From positions 1 to 64,000 of the forward strand of contig NGBS01001171.1 of the NCBI GenBank assembly GCA_002245135.1: a DNA stretch of 64,000 nucleotides, in the 5' to 3' direction. The first letter of the stretch is position 1; the number at the start of each line of letters is the position of its first letter. Positions 40,450 through 52,223 of the stretch are shown one piece after another. This DNA is from Proteromonas lacertae. Lineage: Eukaryota. The notes beneath the pieces were generated by a model that saw only the letters and a program-made list of their open reading frames with translations, was not told the DNA's origin and did not search any database. The translations under genes were made by a program, and so were the position numbers.

Positions 40450-42639
40450 ATGATTTCTGGAGAAGCTAGACCATCAACGAAAGAATGTAACAGTGTCAGT
40501 TCTATTCCAGTATAATTTGCCTAAATATATTATCTATTTAGAACTTAATATACTTTCCTTCAACACCTGTATTCTTATTTAATATATATTTCAGGAAAAG
40601 GAAAAAGCAATGAAAGCTTTGAGGGTAATTCAAAACAGATTTAGAACAAAGAAACATTTCAAGATCAGTATGTTGTAGTTTATAATGCATTTTAGATAAG
40701 TCTCCATCATCAGTTACTGATATTACAATAGCTGAATCCTTATTTAACAAGGATATAGGTTATTATTACGCGTATGAACTTCATAGTATGTTTGCCAAAG
40801 GAGACATACTGCCATATGAAGATGTATGTTTCATTATAAACAGAGCAATTTTTCTGTACTCTCAAATCGGACCTATTAATCATCTTCATGTTGAAGATAA
40901 TGAATTAAATGAAGATATCACGATAGTAGGTGATCTACATGGTCAATTAGAAGATTTATATACAATATTTTTAGCAAAATGCATTCCTACCCCAACACAT
41001 ACAGTATATTTAATTGTTTTATATATATATATAGTTTGTGTTTAATGGTGATTTTATCGACAGAGGATCCAATGCAATAGAAATATTATTATTGACATTA
41101 TACTATAAGTTATTGCTACCTAATAATATATATCACAACAAAGGAAATCATGAAACTAAATTCTGTAAACATAATAATATGAATAATGGTAATAATAAAG
41201 GTGATTTTGAATCAGAAATATTTAAGAAATATCCAAGTCATTATAAAGAATTAATACAATTATTTACTGTATTTATATATATATATATATATTATAAATA
41301 GAAATTATTTGATTCCTTTCCAGTTTGTACGTTAATCAATAATGAAGTATTAATTGTTCATGGAGGAATTGGTGAAGATATGAATATAAATGATATATCA
41401 AAAATAAAAAAGAATGATTATGATAGTAGAATCATGACTGAATTAATGTGGAATGATCCAAGAGAGAATTTAGAAGGATGTGAGTTTAATAAGAAAAGAA
41501 ATATTGGTAAAATATTTGGAAATGATGTAAGTCAAAGTTTTTGTGAAAAAAATGATATAAAATATATAATAAGAAGTCATCAATATTGTGAAGATGGTTT
41601 AAATGTATTTATTATTATTGTTATTATTTATAAATAGATTTTACATAATAATAAAATAATAACATTATTTAGTGCAAGTTATTACTGTGGTATCAATAAG
41701 AATCAAGGAGCTATTATTATATTAAACCATACATTAGATCCTATATCAATACAGTATTATTCAGATAAGAATCTTTATCATAATTTCTATAAAGTACCAA
41801 CCATTGAAGAATATATTAATCATTTAGAAGTAATAGAAGAAGAAAAAGATGATGATGATGATGATGAAAAGCAAGTAGAAATTAGTAAAGAAAGAATATA
41901 TGAAGTAGAAAATGAGATGATTAAAAAGATAAGTGATAATATTGGGAAGATTTATTATATATTATGTAAATATGATAGATATAATTGTGGATTTGTATAT
42001 ATATATATATTTATTTATTTATTATATATTTAGATTGAACGATTTGATTTATTGTTTTTATTATATCAGAACTTTGAAATTGTATTAAATACAGAAATAG
42101 AAAATTCATCTATGTTTGTTAACTATGAATTAGTATATTATATAATATATTTATTTATTTAATAGTTTTTAAGTAACTGCATGAATATAACTTCAAATAT
42201 AAGTGAAAAGGTGGATAGTATAATATATAAATATAGAGCAAATGAAGATCAAAGTGTTTTACAATTGTTTAAGAATAAAACAAGAGTAAAATATGATGAA
42301 TTGTATAAAGTGATGTGTAAGGTTGAAAGTGATTTGAATATCAATGATATTTATTATTTAAAGAGATTACTTAATAACAGGAACTGTGTAATCGATTTTG
42401 AAGATTATTTGTCATTTTTGTACATTGAATAACTACTAATGATTATATGTTTGTAATTGTGTTAATGTTTTAGACTTGTTGGTTTTACATTAGCATAATA
42501 TGTTTAATTCTTTTGTAGATGATGAGATATCTTCAATGTTACCACCTTATTGTTTAGTATTTCAACGCATGTATATATTGTAGATAATAGATAAAGTGAT
42601 AAAGAAGTAGATTTGAAATTCCAATGCCAAAATGATTAA
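40450..42639 (+). CDS. PPEF/RdgC-type Ser/Thr protein phosphatase (PPP family); 3' end uncertain
   Basis: IQ motif VIQNRFR; VGDLHGQ, GDFIDRG, GNHE, HGG, RSHQ, FSASYY; degenerate EF-hand-like tail. Confidence 0.8.
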
Positions 42640-43019
42640 AATGTGATAAAAATAGTTAATATTGATGGAATAAAAGAAAAGAAGATATTAAATTATTGTG
42701 AAAATAACTCCTTGTTGATAGAAAGTTGTATTTCATTCGTCTATCTTATAAAAGTGAGTTAATTCAGTATAAGCGCATTACAAGAAATGATATAAGTAAT
42801 GTGATGTGTTCCATATGTGATATGTTAATGATATTGAGTGAATATGATATAAAGGTTGGTAATTTAAAAGAGTAGTGATGAATTTATAAAATATAATAAG
42901 CAATTATTATCCTTCATTAATAGTATATTTTACTCTGTTTATTTTTCTGAGTGAAGGATATATTAATGATTTTTAAAACATAATAAAAAATTATCCGTTT
43001 TCTCAAGTCTTTATCAAAC

Positions 43020-44045
43020 ATGAATTTTCTTAATTATCAAAATTCTGAGATGGAAACCTTAATATCAAGACTTAAATATATATTCCTCATTGTGCTTAAT
43101 GTATTTGTTATGATACTGCTAGTATTTTACTTTTTTCTCAGTATTAAACTTTCCCATAACCGTGAAATGATGTTACAAATGTCAAGAAGTGCTATATCAA
43201 ATCACTACAGTGTGAAAGGCAAAAGCAATATCAGATACCCTCTCCCTTATCTCTTTGTTACTTCGACATTTGGTTTATCTCACAAAGAAAGTGAAATAAA
43301 TATAAATCGAGAAATAATTAACCATTTTATCAAATTACTTAACCATTCAATCCTCATTTTTACAGATCCACTTTACAACAGGTATATACCAAGCATTCCA
43401 GGAATTTATAAACATTTATATGATGAATATGCAGATATTGAATGTATTAAACGACTGTTCAGTGTTCAAAACTCATATGATCCGAAACTTATACATAATA
43501 GAAGTTCAATATACAAAATATTCACATCAAGCATTTGTTTTACAAAATATGCAACAGATATGATCAAATCAAATTTCTATTTTTGGCTAGATATAAAGAG
43601 TTTAATGAAAATTAAAAGAATAAAAAAACAATTCCCAAGTCAAAAATTTGTGATTTCATTACCTTATATAAAGAGACCATTGTTTTTTACATTGACAGAA
43701 AAGAAGAAACAAATTTATTCATTAAATCAATTTCTTAAATCACCGTTTATACAAAAGACATTCTGGGGTGGAACAAAATATTCAATTAGAAGAATATCAG
43801 ATAGTTTTTGGAAAGAGTACGTGTTGTTTTTAAAGTCTAAACAACTGCTAGAATCTGATCAAAATCTATTCAATGCATTAGTGATATATTATTTGGAAGA
43901 TTCTATTCTTGTATCTCAAAACGTGAACTATGGAGTGAAAAGATGTACAAATGATAGTTCTTTGTTCTTTGCATACTATATATCCAGTAGCTCATGTAGT
44001 TCTACAGCCATTACTCAGAATGTCAAAGATTATTTAAGACATTAG
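43020..44045 (+). CDS. Intronless type II membrane protein, HtrL/YibB-like putative glycosyltransferase
   Basis: N-terminal TM helix; FYFWLD, FWGG and SDQNLF spacing recalls the HtrL/WlaTC family (from memory). Confidence 0.5.
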   Translation: MNFLNYQNSEMETLISRLKYIFLIVLNVFVMILLVFYFFLSIKLSHNREMMLQMSRSAISNHYSVKGKSNIRYPLPYLFVTSTFGLSHKESEININREIINHFIKLLNHSILIFTDPLYNRYIPSIPGIYKHLYDEYADIECIKRLFSVQNSYDPKLIHNRSSIYKIFTSSICFTKYATDMIKSNFYFWLDIKSLMKIKRIKKQFPSQKFVISLPYIKRPLFFTLTEKKKQIYSLNQFLKSPFIQKTFWGGTKYSIRRISDSFWKEYVLFLKSKQLLESDQNLFNALVIYYLEDSILVSQNVNYGVKRCTNDSSLFFAYYISSSSCSSTAITQNVKDYLRH

Positions 44046-44197
44046 TGTGTTATCAATATAGTGCACTAGTTATAGATTAATAATTTGTATAATTGTAGTT
44101 TCAATGAATGTTTGTTTTTATTTCCTGAGAAATTTAATGAATTTTAATCACTTCAAGCCAAAAGCTTGTGTATTCATTAAAATTATTTTGTGGATTT

Positions 44198-45085
44198 ATG
44201 AACCATTTCGTAAGAAAAGTCGGTTTAAGAAATTTATTATCAAAATATGGCCACCAATCTGTATGCTTATGATGAATATACTTTTTTATACTACAGAACA
44301 TTCAAGTTACAGTGTTAGGTGCAGCTGGTGGTATAGGTCAACCACTAAGCTTATTATTAAGGAATAATGCTGCTATTAAACAATTAAATTTGTATGTATA
44401 TGTTGTATATTCACTTAGATACGATATAGCTCCTGTTGAAGGAATAGCAACAGATTTATCTCATTGCGATATCCATGGTGATGTATTTCATCTGCTTCAA
44501 TATATAAAAATAGGTTACTGCTTATAATCAAGACAGATTAGACGATTGTTTGAAAAGTTCAAACATTGTTTTAATCTCAGCAGGTCTAGCAAGAAAACCA
44601 GGAATGACAAGAGATCAATTATTCGATGTAAATGCAGGAATTGTAGCAAATCTAGTTTCTCATTGTGCTAAAAACTGCCCAGATGCACATATTGCAATTA
44701 TTACCAATCCAGTCAACTCATTAGTCCCAGTAGCCTGTGAAATAATGAAGCAGCACGGCATATTCAACCCAAGAAGAATAATGGGAATTACAAAACTAGA
44801 TAGTGTAAGAGCAGTGTCATTTTTAGCTGATTTTATTCATTGTCATCCTAATGAAATAAATGTGCCAGTTATAGGAGGCCATAGTGGTGAAACTATAATT
44901 CCGTTATTTTCATTAACTCATGCACCTGGTCATTTTGGTAAAAGACCAGAAAAAGTATAATTATAATAATTGTATATATATATATATAGTTTGATATGAA
45001 TGAATTCACACAAGAACATTTAGATGCTTTAACAAGAAGAGTTCAATTTGGTGGTGATGAAGTAGTCAATGCTAAAGTATATATC

Positions 45086-45119
<34 letters not shown>

Positions 45120-45427
45120 AGAATGGTGCTGGTAGTGCCACATTAGCTATGGCTTATGCTGCTTCATTATTTACTGATAGTTTAATTCGTGGGTTGGAAG
45201 GTGAAAGAGATGTTTATGAATATGCTTATACTATGAATAATGTAGCAAAAGTACCTTATTTCGCTACACGAGTTCATATAGGCAAGAATGGGATTGATGA
45301 GATAATTCCATTATCTGCAGTGTGGGATTACGAAGAGGAAAGTATTAGGAGAATGATACCAATATTACAAAAACAAATTGATAAAGGAGTTGCATTTGGA
45401 AAGAGTTATAAAATACAAAAAGATTAG
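44198..45427 (+). CDS. MDH2: Mitochondrial-type malate dehydrogenase with N-terminal presequence
   Basis: VTVLGAAGGIGQPLSLL, RKPGMTRDQLF, ITNPVNS, VIGGHSGETI, GAGSATLAMAYA; basic presequence MNHFVRKVGLRNLLSKY. Confidence 0.93.
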
Positions 45428-45601
45428 TCGTTGTAATTATATATTCAATGAATATATATTATATATTATACACATACAAATAAAAAATTAAAATATTATT
45501 ATAATTCCTATATAAATAAAAAAATAAATGTTTGATTGTAATAACTGATTTTGTTTAATCATATGTTTTAAAATTGTTTGTATTTAGCTTAATTCTGTAA
45601 A

Positions 45602-48048
45602 TTAATAGTATACATTAGTTAATTGAGTATATTTCTTCATTATACTCTTTAATTGGATTAATTCATCATTGTCATAATTGTTACCACTTATACTTAATGA
45701 TTTCAGTGATTTCAATATACTTAAATTCATTACAAATAATCTGATACCTGCATTCTTGATTTTGTTATCTAATTGAGATAATGATTTAAATTTTCATAAA
45801 TAATATATATATATATACTGAATAGAAATATTGAATTCAATTGTCTCATATATTGCAATTTATTGGCTAATTCGATAATACCATCATCACTAATCTTGTT
45901 GTTATCCAAATGAAGAGATTTTATATTAGATAAACTACATATATGTTGACTTAAGAATATCATATCCTTATTAGTGATTTTGTTTTCTAAATATAGTAAT
46001 ATTTAATAAATAATATATACTTGAAAGAACTAATGTTTCTAAACCTGATATATCTTTAAATGTTTTACATATCACCAAACACCTTTCTTTTGTTAATTCC
46101 ATTTCTATTAATCAAATAATGAAGTGATAAAAAAAGAATTAAAATATACCACAAACATGTAATTCAATCAGTTTCTTTAAACAACTAAAACTTTCACAAA
46201 ATAACCTCAAATCTTTTGTTGATATTCTGCAATTATTTAACCATAATTGTTTCAAATTTTTCATATTCTGAAAGAAATTGAAATGATTATTCTTTCTTAT
46301 CAATTCAGTTTTCCATTCAATATCTATACTACAGTCATTAAATTCCAGTATTCTTAAATTAGTTAAATATTTTATATTATTACTTATGCTATTTAATTGA
46401 TACTGTTGTAATGGAAATTGAATAACTAAATATAAGAAGATATATAAATACATGACTCAAATGTGAGTATTTTCAAGTATGAAAAGTAATACATCTTTTT
46501 CATTAAATAATTGAATATCAATTTCATTGGATTAGATGATGGTAAACAACCATTTGAAACTATTTATTTATCATAATAATAATAACAGTATACGTAATAA
46601 ACACCAATGTAAATCATTGTTATTCTTTACATAATCTAATTCAACTAACTTATTGTTCAAAATCATTGAAAATGGACCTGTTATCATAGTCATTAGACTT
46701 TTTTGTAGTGAATTAAATACTCCTTTCATTTCATAGTTTCTGTTGTTATTACTGTTATTGTTATTGATATTTGAATCAAAGAATAAATTAGAATAAAAAT
46801 TTGATATTATATTCTTTATGGATGGTTCAATTATGCAAAGTTGAATTAAAATGAAGTAATACTTTTCATCTCTTGTATTGATATACAATTTAATAATTTC
46901 ACAAATAATATTTGAATACTTATACTTCTGTAAATAATATACATCATTATTGTTTAAAACATAATAGGCAATTTCATGTAAATAATCTTTATCCAAATAA
47001 TCATTGATATAAAATGAATTTACATTGGCTAAAATGAATTGAAAATCATCTTTTGGAATGTAATTCTTTTTTGATGTTGAAAATTTCTTTGAATTAATAT
47101 CTAATACAATAATATTAATAATATTCATACATTTCAATTCCAATAATATTTCTGATGGTAATATTCTACTATTGCTGTTTATATCTAATGTTCTTATTAA
47201 CAAATTATTCATATATTCATAGTTAGGAATGGAGAATAACTGTTCTATTGTTCCATATGTTATTGAATTTTTGATGGTTTTTGTAATACACTCATACATC
47301 TCCATTTTTGAATTATCTCTTTTGAATGTGAAAAATGATTGTCCATTAGTGTAAATATAATATATTACACATCCAAAACTCCATATATCCGTTTCAATTG
47401 TTATTTCTTTCCCACACAGCTGCTCAGGTGATGTATAATTCAGTTTATTTTCATTAAACAAAATGAACAAAAAACTATCAGACAAATAATATTCATTTTG
47501 AGTTTTGTCTTTAAATATTGTTGAAGGATTAATCTTTCCATGTACTAAACTTAAACAATCCAAAGATTTGATTATATTTGCTAGTGTAATGACTAATTTG
47601 AACTTTTCAAGGTGATTCGTTGGTATATTAGCATCTAACATTAACGATGAATTTTGATAGTACTTTTGTTTTACTAGCAAATGTCCACTCTCACTGTATG
47701 TAAGTATTTCGGATGGAATACTGTGATAGACATATTTGAATGTGTTATTGAAGATATACTATTATCATATTATAAAAGATTTATATTTTCATACTGAGAA
47801 ATGAATAAATTTTGTTTCTATTGCCACTGTATTGAAGACTTTGACGATGACGTAATTAGATTTAAGCTTATTTTGGGACACATATATGCTTTGGAATTCT
47901 GTATTGGACAAACAATTCAGAGCCTAATGTAAAATGAATTATATATACAATATATGGAACATTAGAGAAAATTGAAGCCTATTACCACAATATCTAATTC
48001 CTATTATACAATATCAAAACTATCCTTAATGTTAAATAAATAACGCAT
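45602..48048 (-). CDS. Pseudokinase fused to RI-like leucine-rich repeats
   Basis: VHGKINPSTIF (no HRD Asp), LSDSF (no DFG), YTSPE, DIWSFG; LRRs such as IKSLHLDNNKISDDGIIEL. Confidence 0.8.
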
Positions 48049-48098
48049 CACTGTTTATGTCAATAATAGTGACACAATTAAAGAAAGAAAACACAGCT

Positions 48099-48106
48099 TG
48101 GCTTGA
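48099..48106. promoter_or_regulatory. Recurrent upstream motif TGGCTTGA/TCAAGCCA (representative copy)
   Basis: Also at 3933, 10444, 13574, 44153 and 60193, each within ~80 nt upstream of an ATG. Confidence 0.55.
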
Positions 48107-48116
48107 TCATAATAAA

Positions 48117-50066
48117 ATGGATGAATTAGAAATTTTGATGCTACCAAGCAACTCAGATAATATATCTGAATGTAAAATATATGACCATCTTTCTGGTATA
48201 GTAGTAATTAAATAATTTCTAGACTTTGAGCAAATTACAGAGTTTGAGCCAAATGGACCAGTATATGGTGATATAATTCATATTACAGAAAAGGGCTTCC
48301 CTGATTTTAATTATCCAGAGTATTTATTTAATCTTTTATATCGAATTACACAATAGAACGCCACATGAAGAAGAAGAAAGTCAAGAAAAGGAAGAAAAGT
48401 CAAAATTGTCTGAATTATTCAAAGAGGATGATGATTTATATGATCTATTAGGTTTAAGTGATATTTCTTATAATGCTTCACAAGAACAAATCAAAACAGC
48501 ATATAGAAAAATGGTACTGAAATATCATCCAGATAAAATTGGAACTGGAGAATCTACCCCAAAAGAAACAAAAGAATTATTTTTGAAAATCCAACATGCC
48601 AATGAAATACTAAGTAATCCAGAGAAAAGAAGGGGTTATGATTCAAATTTCCACTTTGACGAATGGATTCCAGATGAGCCAATACCTGAATCTGATTTTT
48701 ACACTGTCTATGGTCCAATTTTTCAATCCAACAGTCGATTTTCAGAAAAGAAGCCTTGTCCGGAATTAGGTGATGAAACAACTAGTTATGAAGATTTACA
48801 GAAGTTTTACAGGTTTTGGCGTGATTTTAAATCGTGGAGAGATTTTAGTCAATTTGATGAGCAAGATGAGGATGTATATATATTATCAATTTAATTTAAT
48901 TTATTAGAGTGCAACATGTAGAGAAGAAAGAAGATGGATGCAACAGCAGAATAAAGCCAATAGAATAAAATTAAAGAATAAAGAGAATAAAAGAATATCA
49001 AATTTAATAGAAAGATGTTATAAAGATGATCCAAGAATAAAGAAATATAAAGAAGAATTAAAAGTATGTATTTTATTATTATAATTATTAAAATAGAGAA
49101 AAGAAGAAGAAGAAAAGAGATTAGAAGAGGAAAGACTTAAAGAGATTGAAAGAGAAAGAATAGAAAAAGAAAAAAGAGAAAAAGAAGGTATTATTATTAT
49201 ATATTATTTAATAGAACTTGAAAAACAGAAAGAATTAGAAAGACAAAAGAAAGAAAAGATTCAAAACTTAAGAAAACATCTTCGAACTCTTATACAGAAT
49301 ACACCATCAATAATAAACAATCAAAATATGTCCAAATATATTGGATTATTAGAAGAGAATGAATTAACTGAAATAATCTCAAAACTTGAAGAAAACCTAG
49401 AAAATGGAATCAAAATAATAGAAGATGAATTAAATAGAATAGAAATGAAAAAACAAGAAGAATTAGAAGAAATGAGGAAAAAATTGGAAGAAAAAGAAAA
49501 GAAATCAAAAAGTAAAAGTGTTAATAATACTCCTTGGAAAGATTATGAAGATGATTTATTGTATAAAGGAATAAAGAAATTTCCAGTATAATATATAATT
49601 ATATATATTGATTTACTTTTTATAGGCAGGTAAACCTCACAGATGGGAAAGTATTTCATCATTTTTAGAAAAGAATGGTGCAGAAAATAGAAGTAGTGAA
49701 GAATGTTCATTAAGATATGATTTCCTGAAAAAGAAGAATTTGAATAAAGATAATAAAAGTTCTTACGATAAATTTGTTGAAGAAAATAAACTTAAAAATC
49801 AAATGGAAATTCATTTAGAAACTGATTATGATAGAATTAATGAATCAACTACAAAAACCATTATAATTCCATCATCTACAGCTAATGAAAATGATTGGTC
49901 AGCTGAACAACAAAAACAACTTGAAGATGGTTTGAGAACTTATCCAAATACTATGGATAAGAATGAAAGATGGAGTAAAATAGCAAAATGTGTAAATGGA
50001 AAAACAAAAAAACAATGTGTTGAAAGGTATAAAGAATTGCAAATGAAAATAAAAAATAAAAAATAA
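48117..50066 (+). CDS. DNAJC2: Zuotin/MPP11 J-protein with two SANT domains
   Basis: J-domain with HPD, FYRFWRDFKSWRDFS, REERRWM, WSAEQQKQLEDGLRTYP. Confidence 0.93.
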
Positions 50067-50162
50067 AAAAACATAATTTATGTTGTTGATTTCTTTTTTC
50101 TCAAATTGAAAATATTTCTAAAATCAATTTTTCTTTAAAAAACACATAAAAATCAAGCAAAA

Positions 50163-51521
50163 TCAAATTAAAGGAGGTATTTCATCATCATCATCATTAA
50201 TCACTATATTTTCACTATTTGCTGAAGTAGAAATCTTAACAGTTTTTCTTTCTTTCAATAATGCTTCTCCTTCATCTTCTTTATTCTCATTTTTAACAAT
50301 ACCAGTCAATTTAACAGCTTCTAATATCTGTTCTCCTTTACTTGCATTTTTATTAAATAATTTTACTCTGCCATTGTCATTCACATTATTATTACTCTTT
50401 TTCTTCTTCTCTATATTCAACTCATCTATTGTCTCAAATGTATGTAATGTTGATCCCTTATTTACTTTCGGCATTATTAATTTCAACGTACCTGTTGTTG
50501 TAGATCTTTCCACCTTTGATTTATCACTTTGAACTTCTTCTGGTAATTCCAATCGCAATGTTTTACCTTTAGCTACTACACTTATATAAAATGGTTGAAT
50601 ATCAGCATCGATTAACGAAGTAGATAAAAATTGAGGAAAATCAACTTCAAGAATTAAAGTATTATTCTTATCATCTTCACTAAATCGAAAATTCCAATGT
50701 CCTTGATTACATTGACGAATTACTCCTTGTCTTTCTAAACCTCTTTCTCTTTCCAATGCTTTTAAGTGTTCTAATTCATAATTACGTTGTTTTGGAAGGT
50801 TGGCATTCTTTTTATCTTCTTCTTGTTGTTTTTGTTCTGCTAATTCTCTGTACATGTGTAACCTTGTCTCTGGAGTATTTTCACAATGATCCGGATCATA
50901 TTCTGCTGGTTTTCTGTTCTTTTTTTCTATCGATTTCTTCACTGCTAATTCTCGAAGTTCATTTGTGTTCTTTTCGAGTTCTGCTGTTGCTTTTATTCTG
51001 TCACTTCTTGTTATATCATTACCACTAACTTTTGAAGCTATTCAATAAGAATTATATCTATACTTGTGGTAAATTAGCAATTATATAGTTTTTACATCCT
51101 TCCCATTCACAACATGGATTACCAATTAAATACAACTCATTTAAATGAGTGTTACATTTAAGATTATTGACTGATTCTTCAAGAGCATCAAGATCTATGA
51201 AATTAACCGTAAGATCTAATTTATTTAGAAATTCACAAGTTCTAGGATTAATGACAAAGATTTAATATACTTTAATCCTTCTATTTTCTCTACATTGTTT
51301 AATGCTAAATTAAGATACTCTAGATCTTTTAATGGTTCTAGATTCTCTATTTTAGATATGATGTTATTTTGTAAATATAAAATTTTCAATTTTTTGCATA
51401 AATGACCTATAACTTCTATTTTTTCTATTTCTAATTGATGCAATGATATTTCTTCTAAATCAGCTGTAATACCATCATTGTGTTCTGCCTTCTTTTTGAT
51501 TAAATCTTTGGTAAGCTTCAT
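50163..51521 (-). CDS. DNAAF11: Axonemal dynein assembly factor LRRC6/tilB; apparent 1-bp frameshift near 51025-51033
   Basis: [77 protein letters not shown]. Confidence 0.9.
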
Positions 51522-51622
51522 AATTACAAAAATAAAATTAAAAAAACTGATTTGAAACGGATCCAAGCTTGGGGTTTGAAAATCAAAATTTCCCAAATTT
51601 TATTTATTTATAGGCTATTGAG

Positions 51623-52175
51623 ATGTCTACTGTTTTTAGTGTATCTATCGAAATTTTAAGACTATTAGGCATTCCCAATAATTAGACCTATAATAAATCT
51701 AGAGTGTCGACATACAGATCCAAGTTTGATAAGGGATTATATATCTATAACAGAAGATGCTACATTAAAACCAGTATGTTCATAATTATTTATAATTTAT
51801 TATGTAGACTCTGTTGTCAATACCTGAAGCTAATTTTCAATGTACGTTTTCTAGATGCTTTATGTATCATCCTGCTGATGATGATGGTTTACATCCTCAG
51901 GTTGATGTGTATAACAACATATGAGACTGACTATTTATTTAATAGATACGGTGAAATTGGTGATTCATATATAAGACATCTATTAAAAGGCTATAACACT
52001 TGTGTATTTGCGTATATACACATAATATTACATATATATTAGATTTGGTCAAGTAGGAAGTGGTAAAACTTTTACAATGGAAGGAAATGAAGAAAATCCT
52101 GGTTTGTGTAGATTAATGATGAATAATCTAATGACAAAAGCAGCCAATGATCAGTCAGTAAAGTCAATATCAGTA

Positions 52176-52223
<48 letters not shown>

